NCBI GenBank assembly: GCA_035294645.1
Contig: DATGKN010000161.1
Coordinates: 102,428-166,427, forward strand
Reading direction: 5' to 3'
DNA from: Chloroflexota bacterium
GTDB taxonomy: Bacteria > Chloroflexota > UBA6077 > JAJPHF01
DNA: 64,000 bases
Each line of letters opens with the position of its first letter. Position 1 is the stretch's first letter. The notes below the pieces were generated by a model. That model had not been told where the DNA came from. It saw nothing but the letters and a program-made list of their open reading frames with translations, and did not search any database. The translations under genes were made by a program, and so were the position numbers. This document shows, one piece after another, positions 20,400 through 28,893 of this stretch.

Positions 20400-20580
20400 G
20401 TCCACGAGCGCGCGCGAAGCAAACGGCAGGTGCAGGCGTTCTGGCTCGCTCGCCAGCGGCGAGCATACAGCTGCGGGTCAGCGCCGGCCTCACACCGGAC
20501 TTTCCCTGCACGGCCCTGCTCGGGCCAGACCTGCCGGGCAGCAGCAGACTGCCAGCGCCGTTATACCATCCGCGCCTCTC
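20400..20580 (-). ncRNA. Cobalamin (AdoCbl) riboswitch in the 5' leader of cbtB
   Basis: The minus-strand RNA contains GCAGGGAAAGUCCGGUGUGAGGCCGGCGCUGACCCGCAGCUGUA, which fits the GGGAA..GGUG.GA..CC...CCCGC.ACUGUA core. About 60 nt downstream sits a B12-box-like AGCCAGAACGCCUGCACCUGCC. Confidence 0.6.
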
Positions 20581-20670
20581 GCCAGCAAGCCCTCCCCAGA
20601 GCAACACGCTGCAAGAGCACGCGCAGGCGAGAAGGCTCTCCGCCCGCGCAGCCACGAGCCAAGCGTGGGG

Positions 20671-20919
20671 TCAAGAGGGAAGCGCGGTACCGCAGACCGC
20701 GCAGTAGCGGGCAGGCTCGGCGCTCCACACGCCGCACCGCGGGCAGGGCCGCGCCGGTAGCGCCGGCTCCTCCGCCCGCACGCCCTGCTGCCAGCCGGCA
20801 ACCAGCGCGCGCCAGCTCTGGCCTAGCGCGCGGCCGGTATTTACCAGCCGGCGCGGGCCCAGCAGCAGCAAGACCAGCGCGAGGATCACGAGCAGGTGCA
20901 GCGGCTGGAGCGCCCCCAT
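20671..20919 (-). CDS. TatA/E-family twin-arginine translocase subunit fused to a C-terminal zinc ribbon
   Basis: N-terminal TM helix then the hinge LLLLGPRRLVNTGRALGQSWRAL (compare the FGPKKLPELGRSLG motif). C-terminal CPRCG-x10-YCAVCG. ATGA coupling to the upstream paralogue. Confidence 0.6.
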   Translation of the reverse strand: MGALQPLHLLVILALVLLLLGPRRLVNTGRALGQSWRALVAGWQQGVRAEEPALPARPCPRCGVWSAEPARYCAVCGTALPS

Positions 20920-21266
20920 CAGCCCCCTCCGGCGCTACGCGTGGTGGCGGGCGGCTCCACTAGGCAGTGGCCACAGTTGGAACAATAGCGCGCCCCCGCG
21001 CTGCTACGCGCGCCACACTGCGCGCAGTACGGCCCACTCGCCGCTGCCTGGCTCATGGCGGCGAGCCGCTGCTGCCGACGCTCCTCGGCGGCGAGCTGTA
21101 GGCTCTGCTGGAACTCTTCGCTGAGCTGGTTGGCCTGGCGGCGCAGCTCAGCCAAGGTCCGGCCCAATTGGTTGGCCACCTCGGGCAACCGCTCGGGCCC
21201 GATCACCACCAGGGCGAGCACCAGGATCAGCAACAGCTCGCCGAGGCCGATGCCCATGAACTCCAT
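20919..21266 (-). CDS. TatB/TatA-family translocase subunit fused to a C-terminal zinc ribbon
   Basis: MEFMGIGLGELLLILVLALVVIGPERLPEVANQLGRTLAELRR matches the TatA/B consensus. C-terminal YCAQCG-x9-RYCSNCG. The ORF extends to 21854 through a low-complexity region, so the ATG at 21266 is taken as the start. Confidence 0.6.
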   Translation of the reverse strand: MEFMGIGLGELLLILVLALVVIGPERLPEVANQLGRTLAELRRQANQLSEEFQQSLQLAAEERRQQRLAAMSQAAASGPYCAQCGARSSAGARYCSNCGHCLVEPPATTRSAGGG

Positions 21267-21380
21267 CCGGCCCTCGCCGCCAGCGGCCAGAACCTCGTAC
21301 GGTGCAGCGGGCCGCCGCGCTTCCAGTATGGCATGCGGCGCGCGGCAGCGACCAGGTTGCGGGGGGTGTCTCGAAAACCC

Positions 21381-21409
21381 GCCCGCGCTTGACAAGCGCG
21401 CGAACGGCG
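21381..21409 (+). promoter_or_regulatory. Sigma-70-like promoter TTGACA-N19-TATACT
   Basis: Near-consensus hexamers about 65 nt upstream of the lytic transglycosylase start. Confidence 0.35.
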
Positions 21410-21474
21410 TTCGTATACTCGCCGTAGCAGCCGAGCCGCCACAGCAGTCGAGAGGGAGGGAGGCACCGGCGCGC

Positions 21475-22578
21475 GTGAGGGAGGCGGGGCTAGCTGGTGT
21501 GATCGTGCTGGCAGCGATCCTGACCAGCACATCCCTCGGCTGCCACCGCGCGGAGCCGCCCCCCCCCACCGCCTCACCCGCCGAGGTCGTGCTCGCGCTC
21601 GACTTGCCTACCCCGCCCGCCGCCCCCGCCGTACCCCCCGCCTCCTCGCCGCTGTTGCAGGACCTGCTCGGGCCGCCCCCGACCGCAGTCGCCGAGCAAG
21701 CGCCGCCGGGCGTGCTCGACGAGCAGCGCCTGCTCGGCGCCGTCCGCGCCGCGTTGCCCGCGCTGGGGGGCAGGGCCACCGCCGCCTGGGCTAAGCCCAC
21801 CGCCGTCGGCGGTGTGCTCCAGGTACGCTGGGCCCCCGGCGAGCCACTGCCCACCCCCGAGGCGGTGCAAGAGGCGGTGGTCGCTGCGGTCGGGACCGTC
21901 GTCGATGTGCTCGATCGCGAGTTCCCACGCGGGTTTCGCGGCAGCGACGGCCTCCCCTTGGCCGCCGTCGCCGTGGATCTGCCCGATCAAGACACCGTGG
22001 TGGTGGCAGTGCGCACCTACCGCGCCCTGGTGGCCGGTGAGCTGGCGCTGGCCGACCTGCCGGGCCAGTGGCGCTTGCTGCGGCGGGCGCTCCCGACCGA
22101 GGCCGCGCGGGCGAGCGGGCCCCGCCTGGTCCCCGACCACCCGTCGGAGGGGGCACCCGAGCGCTGGCCGCCACGAATCGCCCGCTGGTACCCTGAGATC
22201 CTGGCCGCGGCCCGCCGCTATCAACTCGATCCCGATCTCTTGGCCGCTATCATGCAGCAGGAGAGCGGGGGCGAACCGCTGGCGGTGGGCGCCTGGGTGT
22301 GGATCCCCCATATGGGCCGCTACGAGCGCGCGATCGGTATGATGCAGGTGATGCCCAACGAGGCCGAGCGCCGCGGATGGACCATCGAGCAAGCCTGGGA
22401 GCCCGAGCAGAACATCCTACTGGGCGCTCGCGTGCTGCGCGACAAACTAGATTCCGTGCCGGGCGACTTCTGGACCCGTGTGCAGGGCTACTACGGGTTC
22501 GGTGATCCCCTGAGCGACTACTGGCTCGACCGCGTGTACACGTACTGGCTCGCGTTCCGGGACCCGGCACCGCAGTAG
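21475..22578 (+). CDS. Lytic transglycosylase (SLT domain) lipoprotein
   Basis: GTG with an AGAGGGAGGGAGG SD. Lipobox SLGC. C-terminal LAAIMQQESGG...IGMMQVMP SLT motifs. Confidence 0.7.
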   Translation: MREAGLAGVIVLAAILTSTSLGCHRAEPPPPTASPAEVVLALDLPTPPAAPAVPPASSPLLQDLLGPPPTAVAEQAPPGVLDEQRLLGAVRAALPALGGRATAAWAKPTAVGGVLQVRWAPGEPLPTPEAVQEAVVAAVGTVVDVLDREFPRGFRGSDGLPLAAVAVDLPDQDTVVVAVRTYRALVAGELALADLPGQWRLLRRALPTEAARASGPRLVPDHPSEGAPERWPPRIARWYPEILAAARRYQLDPDLLAAIMQQESGGEPLAVGAWVWIPHMGRYERAIGMMQVMPNEAERRGWTIEQAWEPEQNILLGARVLRDKLDSVPGDFWTRVQGYYGFGDPLSDYWLDRVYTYWLAFRDPAPQ

Positions 22579-22593
22579 CCGGCCTTGTCAAGG

Positions 22594-24318
22594 ATGAACG
22601 TGCGGCAACGCTGGCAGGTCTGGCGAGCAAGCGTCAGCGGGCCCACCTCCCGGGGTGTGCGGTGCCTATTGCTCGCCGCAGCCCTGCTCCTCGGCCTGCC
22701 CGCCGCCGGGCCGCGCTCTCCTGGGGCGGACCCGCCACCGCCCGCCCAGGTGCTGCTGGTGCGCTGGCGAGAGGCCCCGCCGGCGGCGCTGCCCGAGGGG
22801 CTACGCCCGCTGCCGCCCCTCGACGGCCTGGGCCTCGCGCGCTACGCGGTCGCTCCCGACCAGGCCGAGGCCCTGCTGGCGGCGCTGGCGGCCGACCCCC
22901 GGGTCGAGTTCGCCGAGCGCGACCGCGCCTACTCGCTGCTGAGTCTGCCCGACGACCCGCTGGTGGGCCAGCAGTGGAACCTGCAGCAGGTGCATGCCCC
23001 CGAGGCCTGGGACACCGCCACCGGCGGCGGGGACGTGGTCGTCGCCGTGCTCGATAGCGGCATCGACGCCGCGCACCCGGACCTCGCCGGGCGGGTGGTG
23101 CCCGGCCGCAACGTGCGCGAGCGCAACAGCGACACCCGCGACGACATTGGCCATGGTACCCACGTGGCCGGGGTGATCGGCGCCCTGGGCGACAACGGCA
23201 TCGGCGTGGCCGGGCTGTCGTGGGGGGTACGGTTGATGCCCATCAAGATCACCAACCGCCAGGGCGACGCCTCGATCGCCGCCGCGGCCGAGGGGATCCG
23301 CTGGGCAGTCGACCACGGGGCGCGGATCATCAACCTGAGCTTCGGCGGGCTGGAGGACTCGCGCGCCGTGCGGCTGGCCGTGGAGGACGCCTACCAGCGC
23401 GGCGCGCTGCTCGTGGCCGCGGCGGGCAACTGCGGTGAGCTGGCCACGTTCCGCGACGAGGGCTGCGACGTGGCGAACCCGCCCATCTATCCCGCGGCGC
23501 TGAGCCAGGTGATCGCGGTAGGGGCGCTGGGCGCCACCGGCGAGCTGGCACCATACTCCGAGACGGGCAGCTACATCCGCCTGACCGCCCCGGGCGGGGT
23601 GGGCGGCAGCCGTCGCAGCAACCCGCTCGACTACATCTTGAGCACTTGGCCGCCTGCGCTCCCCTCGCCGATCGACCTGCCCGGCTACAGCTACGAGGTG
23701 GGAACCTCCATGGCCGCACCGCACGTGGCGGGCGCCGCCGCCCTGGTCTGGTCGACCAACCCGACGCTCAGTCGCGACGAGGTGGAGCAGCTCCTGTTTG
23801 AGACGGCCGACCCGCTCGGCCCCCCCGGCCGCAACGATCGCTATGGCTACGGCCGTGTGAACGTCCAGCGCGCGGTCGAGCGCGCCGTGCAACTACCCGG
23901 CAACCGCGCCGCGGATATCCGCCTGCTGCTCGAATCGCCGCAGCCCGACGCGGTGGTCAACGGGCCGCTGGAGGTCCGCGGCTGGGCGGTGGACACGCTG
24001 GCGGAGAGCGGCACGGGCATCGACCGCGTCGAGGCCTGGCTCGACGGGCCGCCCGACCAGGGCACGCTGCTCGGCCGGCCGCCGTATGGGGCCGCCCGGC
24101 CCGACGTGGCGCGCCTGCTCGACCGGGGAAGTTTCACCAACGCGGGGTTCAGCGTCTTGCTGCCGGTGACGCGGGGAGTCCACACGCTCTGGCTGCGGGT
24201 CCACAGCGCGCTCTCCGGCGTCTGGCGTACCCAACAGGTGCGGTTCATCGCTACCGGCAACCCGCCGCGGGTGAGCGTGCCCACGCCGGCTCTGCCGCCC
24301 ACCCTCACGCCTTCCTGA
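22594..24318 (+). CDS. Secreted subtilisin-like serine protease (peptidase S8) with C-terminal extra domain
   Basis: Catalytic triad motifs VAVLDSGID, HGTHVAGVIG and GTSMAAPHVAGAAAL. Signal peptide. Start uncertain: TTG 22585, ATG 22594 or GTG about 22648. Confidence 0.8.
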   Translation: MNVRQRWQVWRASVSGPTSRGVRCLLLAAALLLGLPAAGPRSPGADPPPPAQVLLVRWREAPPAALPEGLRPLPPLDGLGLARYAVAPDQAEALLAALAADPRVEFAERDRAYSLLSLPDDPLVGQQWNLQQVHAPEAWDTATGGGDVVVAVLDSGIDAAHPDLAGRVVPGRNVRERNSDTRDDIGHGTHVAGVIGALGDNGIGVAGLSWGVRLMPIKITNRQGDASIAAAAEGIRWAVDHGARIINLSFGGLEDSRAVRLAVEDAYQRGALLVAAAGNCGELATFRDEGCDVANPPIYPAALSQVIAVGALGATGELAPYSETGSYIRLTAPGGVGGSRRSNPLDYILSTWPPALPSPIDLPGYSYEVGTSMAAPHVAGAAALVWSTNPTLSRDEVEQLLFETADPLGPPGRNDRYGYGRVNVQRAVERAVQLPGNRAADIRLLLESPQPDAVVNGPLEVRGWAVDTLAESGTGIDRVEAWLDGPPDQGTLLGRPPYGAARPDVARLLDRGSFTNAGFSVLLPVTRGVHTLWLRVHSALSGVWRTQQVRFIATGNPPRVSVPTPALPPTLTPS

Positions 24319-24432
24319 GGAGCGGGACGACCCGCTTGCCCCGCCGGAGCAAACCGGCTACCCTCGCCAGTGCCGCGCGGCGTCGCGGCCCCGGCGCGGC
24401 GTGGTCCACTTGCCTGTGAGGAGGTGCCACCC

Positions 24433-25395
24433 ATGGAGCCCCTACCGCGCGGCGCCCAGTTCATCCGCGCGAAGATGCTCTGGGAGATCGCCCTGCACAT
24501 CGCCGGCGACCCGAACGAGCCGTACTACGGCAACCGCGACATCTGCATCACGGTCGGCAGCGGCTCGGGCGAGCGCTATAAGCCGTGGCTGCGCCTGTCG
24601 GTCGGCTCGCCCATCCTCGCCCACGCCGTGGTCCGCGGCGAGCTCGACTTGGCGTTCGTGAACCCTTCCGGCTGTCTTACCCAGATGTATCGCGGTACGG
24701 GCCTGTTCACCGCCCCACTGCCCGTACGCCTGGTGGCTTGCTACCCCTCGTGGGACCGCTACGTCCACTGTATCCACCCGCGCACGGGGCTGACCTCGCT
24801 GGCGCAGATCAAGGAGCGCCAGTACCCGCTGCGCCTGTCGATCCGCGAGGACCCGACCCACTCCACGCGCGTGCTACTCGACCAGACGCTGGCCTGCTAT
24901 GGCTTCACGCTCGACGACATCGTGCGCTGGGGCGGCTCGCTGCAGCTCAACGGCGGCCCGGGTGACCCGCGCCGGATGCGCGCGCTGCATGCCGGCGAGA
25001 TCGACGCCATCTTCGACGAGGGGCTCGTGCTCTGGTTCGACGAGGCGCTGGCGGCCGGCATGCGGCCCATCCCGCTGGAGGATGAGGTGTTCGCCCGGCT
25101 TCAGGCGCTCGGCTGGCGCCGCGTTACCATCCCCGCTGGCCGCTTCCCGCACCTGACCGAGGACCACGACTGCCTCGACTATAGCGGCTGGCCGCTGTAC
25201 ACCCGGGCCGACCTGCCCGACGAGGTGGCCTACCGCGTCTGCGATGCCATCGCGGCGCGCGCCGACGAGATCCCCTGGGAGCAGGGCGCTTTTACCGGGC
25301 TCGACCAGCTCGGCCGCGATACCGAGGCCACCCCGATCGACGTGCCGCTGCACCCCGGCGCCGAGCGCTGGTACCGCGAGCGGGGCTACCTCTAG
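24433..25395 (+). CDS. TAXI-family TRAP solute-binding-protein-like protein lacking a signal peptide
   Basis: FVNPSGCLTQMYRGTGLF...LRLSIRED...LLDQTLACYGFTLDDI resembles the TAXI SBP core. GAGGAGG SD. Confidence 0.45.
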   Translation: MEPLPRGAQFIRAKMLWEIALHIAGDPNEPYYGNRDICITVGSGSGERYKPWLRLSVGSPILAHAVVRGELDLAFVNPSGCLTQMYRGTGLFTAPLPVRLVACYPSWDRYVHCIHPRTGLTSLAQIKERQYPLRLSIREDPTHSTRVLLDQTLACYGFTLDDIVRWGGSLQLNGGPGDPRRMRALHAGEIDAIFDEGLVLWFDEALAAGMRPIPLEDEVFARLQALGWRRVTIPAGRFPHLTEDHDCLDYSGWPLYTRADLPDEVAYRVCDAIAARADEIPWEQGAFTGLDQLGRDTEATPIDVPLHPGAERWYRERGYL

Positions 25396-25458
25396 CGCCC
25401 CGAGCGCCCCACGCGGCGTGGCACCCCCGCGGAGCGGGCGGGACCTTCCCACCCGCTC

Positions 25459-25716
25459 CTACGCTCGGTCCGGCACGCGGATGTAGAAGCGCAAGGTCGG
25501 GCCGTCCTGGTGCTGCGCCAGCAGCTCGTAGCCATGGCGCGGCGCTTCCAGCGGAATGCTGTTCACCGACTGGGGGCAGTCGGTGATGACCTCCAAGACC
25601 GCTCCCGGCGGGAGTTCAGCCAGCGCTTCCAGCGCGGCCACAGCGGGGTACGGTCAAGGCTCGCCCTGCACGTCGAGGCGATGCGTCGGCACAATCCGCT
25701 CGGGCTCAGCGGCCAT
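25459..25716 (-). CDS. TusA/YedF-like sulfur(selenium)-carrier protein with in-frame TGA at the CPxP active-site Cys position (candidate selenoprotein)
   Basis: The ATG at 25716 overlaps the yedE 3' end. Translation gives MAAEPERIVPTHRLDVQGEP-[TGA at 25654-25656]-PYPAVAALEALAELPPGAVLEVITDCPQSVNSIPLEAPRHGYELL...FYIRV, which aligns residue-for-residue with E. coli TusA (HTLDALGLRCPEPV...PGETLLIIADDP...). Confidence 0.5.
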
Positions 25717-26953
25717 GCACCACACCCTCGCGCAGCTGCGGCGCCGGCACGGCCACCGCCTGGAGACCATGATAGGTGGTGCGCGCCTCCCACCAGGCCA
25801 GGAACAGGTAGGCGGCCAGCAGCAGGCCGTAGGTGATCAGCAGGCCCCCCAGCCAACCGAACTGCTCGACCAGGTACACTTTCGGCCAGGGCGCGACCAG
25901 CGCGGCGTACAGCCCCAGGGCATCCCAAGCCCAGGCAAGCAGCGTGGCGCCGAGGATGTTGCCCACGCCCACGACCCAGAAGTGCACCTGCCCCTCCATC
26001 GAGCGGTACATCCAGCCGGTCTCGCAGCCGCCCGCGATGACGATGCCCAGCCCGAACAGCAGGCCGCCGATGGCCGCCCCAGGGCTTAGCCAGAATACCT
26101 TCGGCGCGACCCCGAGCTGCATGAACGCCGCGGTGCCGATCGCACTGGCCGCCATGCCCAGTACCAGCGCCTTCGCCATCGTGGCGCGCCCAGTGACCCA
26201 CAGATCGCGAAACGCCGAGGTGAAGCAGATCTGGCCACGCTCGATCAGCACGCCGAACGCCAGCCCGAATAGGCCCGCGATGCCGAGCTTCGGCTGGCCA
26301 GTGGCTACCACTAGGGCGACCAGCGCGAAGCCCGCGCCGACGAGTACCCCGAGCCCCGGCTGCCATCGCCGTGCCCGCGACGGCGCCGGCTCCTCCCCAA
26401 CCACCGCAGTCGCTCGCACCCGCTCGGCCCGTGCATCACCGCGCAGCCACGGCTGGAGCACCAGCTTCACCCCCAGGTAGGTGCCGAGCGCGGTCCCGAT
26501 GGTGAATACCCAGGCGTGCAGCGAGAACTGCGGGATGCCCGTGAAGAACGCGGCGAGGTTGCACCCCATGGCCAGGCGCGCGCCGAAACCGGCCAGCATG
26601 CCGCCGACGAGGGCTTGCACCAGTCGCCGGCCGTGGCGCACGCGGCGCAGCTTCACGTTCTCCGCTAGCAGCGCCGCCGCCAGCGCCCCTGCGAACATGC
26701 CGAAAACTACCCAGCCGTCCACGCGGTCCCACGGCAGCCCCTGCAGGCCGATCACCTGGAAATAGCCCCAGGTCTCGGGATGCAGGCCTGCCAGCTGCAG
26801 CAGGTGGCCGCCCCAGCGCGTGAACTCACCCGTTACTGCCCAGAAGGTGCCCGTCAGCCCAAAGTAGTAGGCACTCAGCACCCCCGCGGCCACTACGGCC
26901 GGGGTCGGCGCCCAGAAGCGGACCAGGACCCGTTGCCGCCACTGCTCCCACAT
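25706..26953 (-). CDS. yedE: YedE/YeeE-family membrane transporter (putative selenium/thiosulfate uptake)
   Basis: Two internal repeats carrying GARLAMGCN and IAGGCETGW motifs. ATG with a GGAGGAGGGG SD. Confidence 0.8.
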   Translation of the reverse strand: MWEQWRQRVLVRFWAPTPAVVAAGVLSAYYFGLTGTFWAVTGEFTRWGGHLLQLAGLHPETWGYFQVIGLQGLPWDRVDGWVVFGMFAGALAAALLAENVKLRRVRHGRRLVQALVGGMLAGFGARLAMGCNLAAFFTGIPQFSLHAWVFTIGTALGTYLGVKLVLQPWLRGDARAERVRATAVVGEEPAPSRARRWQPGLGVLVGAGFALVALVVATGQPKLGIAGLFGLAFGVLIERGQICFTSAFRDLWVTGRATMAKALVLGMAASAIGTAAFMQLGVAPKVFWLSPGAAIGGLLFGLGIVIAGGCETGWMYRSMEGQVHFWVVGVGNILGATLLAWAWDALGLYAALVAPWPKVYLVEQFGWLGGLLITYGLLLAAYLFLAWWEARTTYHGLQAVAVPAPQLREGVVHGR

Positions 26954-27033
26954 CGCCGCGTCCCCTCCTCCGGATAGATGCTCATAGCTGGTATAGCACA
27001 AGATAATGCCAGGAGGGGCCGGGCAGCGGGCGC

Positions 27034-27618
27034 TCACTGCACGGTGAGATACTCGCGCACCCGCTCGTAGGTCGCGCGGGGCAGCAGGCGCGCGTCGCGC
27101 AGCTGCTCCACGGCGGTGAAGGGGCCGTGCTGCGCGCGGTACTCCAGGATGCGCCGCGCCAGCGCCGGCCCGATGCCGGGTAGCGCATCGAGCTCGGCGG
27201 CCGTGGCGGTGTTGAGGTTGACGCGCGCGGGGGGGGCGGCCGGGGCGCGGGCCCGCTCGGTGGCCGCGGTCGGTGTGGCGACGGCCTCGCCGAGCTGGGG
27301 CACGCGTAGCCGCTGGCCATCGGTCAGGCGAGCCGCGAGGTTCAGCGCCGTGAGGTCGGCGTCGTCCGCCGCGCCCGCGGCCTCGACGGCATCGGCCACG
27401 CGGCTGCCCGCCGGCAGGGCGTACACGCCGGGCTGGCGAACGGCCCCCACCACGTGGACTTGTACGGTGGGAGGCGCGGCGCTGCTGGCCACCAGCTGCA
27501 CCGGCGGGGCGGCCGGGCGCTGGAGCAGTGGCACGGCGAGCGCCACGGCGGCACCGAGAGCGGCCACGAGCAGCACGCCCGCTAGCCAGTTGCGGCCGCG
27601 CTCGACCAGCTCCTCCAC
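27034..27618 (-). CDS. comEA: ComEA-like helix-hairpin-helix DNA-binding protein
   Basis: N-terminal TM helix and C-terminal VNLNTATAAELDALPGIGPALARRILEYR HhH motif. Confidence 0.75.
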   Translation of the reverse strand: MEELVERGRNWLAGVLLVAALGAAVALAVPLLQRPAAPPVQLVASSAAPPTVQVHVVGAVRQPGVYALPAGSRVADAVEAAGAADDADLTALNLAARLTDGQRLRVPQLGEAVATPTAATERARAPAAPPARVNLNTATAAELDALPGIGPALARRILEYRAQHGPFTAVEQLRDARLLPRATYERVREYLTVQ

Positions 27619-27637
27619 GACGCGCTGCTCCGCAGGG

Positions 27638-28729
27638 CTACTGGTACGGCCCGAGCTGCGCCGCCGCGTACTCGGCGAAGCTGGAGTCGACCACGCTGTC
27701 CACTGTCTGGGCGCCGGTGTAGTAGCCGCGCTGCCGGTAGTAGTCCAGCTCGATCTGCATGCTGGCCCGCTGCAAGCGACCGTCGGGGTCTAGGCCGGCC
27801 ATGTTCATGCGGTCGTACACGGCGGGATCCTTGAGCGGGGTCTCGCGGGCCAGCACGCGGATCACGTCGGCGCGCCGGACGCCCTTGCCGAAGGCGTCGT
27901 TGTATACGCGCACGCCTTGGAGATAGGCGATCATGAACCGTCGGGCCAGCTCTGCCTGGGCGATGAAGCGGTCGGAGAAGTACAGCACCCCGGCCTGGTA
28001 GGGGCCGTTGAACGCCACGCTGGTGTAGCCAGGCTCCCAGGGCGCGACGAGGTGGCGGTCGACCGCCGCACTGAGGGTCGGCTCGATGAGCACGCCCCCG
28101 TCGATCGCGCCGTTGGCCAGTGCCGTCAGCATGTCGGGGTAGCTCAGCACCGTCAGGTCCACGTCGTCGACGGTCAGGCCGCCCTGGAGCAGCACGCGGG
28201 CGGCGATCGCCTCGGCCCCCGAGCGCAACGAGGCTACACCGAGCCGGCGGCCGCGCAGGTCAGCCGGGGTGCGCACCGCGCCGCTCTCGATCAGGTCGCG
28301 GCGCACCGGCAGCTGCGAGAATTCGAACCCCGGTCGCGACTGCCCCTTGTCGGCGACGATCTTGATGCCCACGCCGCGGTCCACCGCGTTGAGCACCGCC
28401 AGGTTGAAATTCCCGCCGCCCACCTCCAGTTCGCCGCTGCCCAGCGGCGCGATCACGTTCGGGCCACTGTCGAAGGGCAGCGTCTCCACCTCGATGCCCT
28501 GGGCCTGGAAGAACCCCCACTCCCGCCCGAGGAACACGCCGGCGTCGGAGACGGCCTGGGGGGAACCGAAGCGCACCCGGCTCAGTTGTGGCGCGGGCCC
28601 CTCGGCGGCAGCCGCCCGTGGCGGCGGGCCGTCCCAGGGCCAGGAGGCCGCCAGCAGCCCCCCAAGAAGGGCGGCGAGCACGACGGCGCACGACCGCCAG
28701 CGCCGTAGGCCGCTAGGTAGTAGCGTCAT
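27638..28729 (-). CDS. NMT1/SsuA-like ABC-type solute-binding protein
   Basis: Paralogue of the 13763 SBP (GIEVETLPFDSGPNVIAPLGSGELEV...DLRGRRLGVAS). Signal peptide. Confidence 0.75.
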   Translation of the reverse strand: MTLLPSGLRRWRSCAVVLAALLGGLLAASWPWDGPPPRAAAAEGPAPQLSRVRFGSPQAVSDAGVFLGREWGFFQAQGIEVETLPFDSGPNVIAPLGSGELEVGGGNFNLAVLNAVDRGVGIKIVADKGQSRPGFEFSQLPVRRDLIESGAVRTPADLRGRRLGVASLRSGAEAIAARVLLQGGLTVDDVDLTVLSYPDMLTALANGAIDGGVLIEPTLSAAVDRHLVAPWEPGYTSVAFNGPYQAGVLYFSDRFIAQAELARRFMIAYLQGVRVYNDAFGKGVRRADVIRVLARETPLKDPAVYDRMNMAGLDPDGRLQRASMQIELDYYRQRGYYTGAQTVDSVVDSSFAEYAAAQLGPYQ

Positions 28730-28893
28730 CCAGCCCTCCCCACATGGCCAGAATGGACCCGCTCGGGCCGCGAACGCCGCCGGAACAGAGGTTCGGTGTG
28801 CCGCGATTGTAACACGGCGGCCGGCTGCCGGCGGCCCGCGCTATGATGATGCCCGTGAGGCCACTGCGCTACCGCGCACCGGGGGAGGCTGTC

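Noticed and set aside
21267-21854. 196-aa Gly/Ala/Ser-rich N-terminal extension of the TatB-like ORF
   Set aside because: Low-complexity and no RBS. Tat A/B proteins begin at the TM helix, and ATG 21266 (MEFMG...) fits.
25459-25641. Calling the TusA-like gene as a 60-aa ORF from GTG 25641
   Set aside because: It would lack the entire N-terminal half of the TusA fold, including the active site. The upstream ATG 25716 frame restores full-length homology if the TGA is read through.
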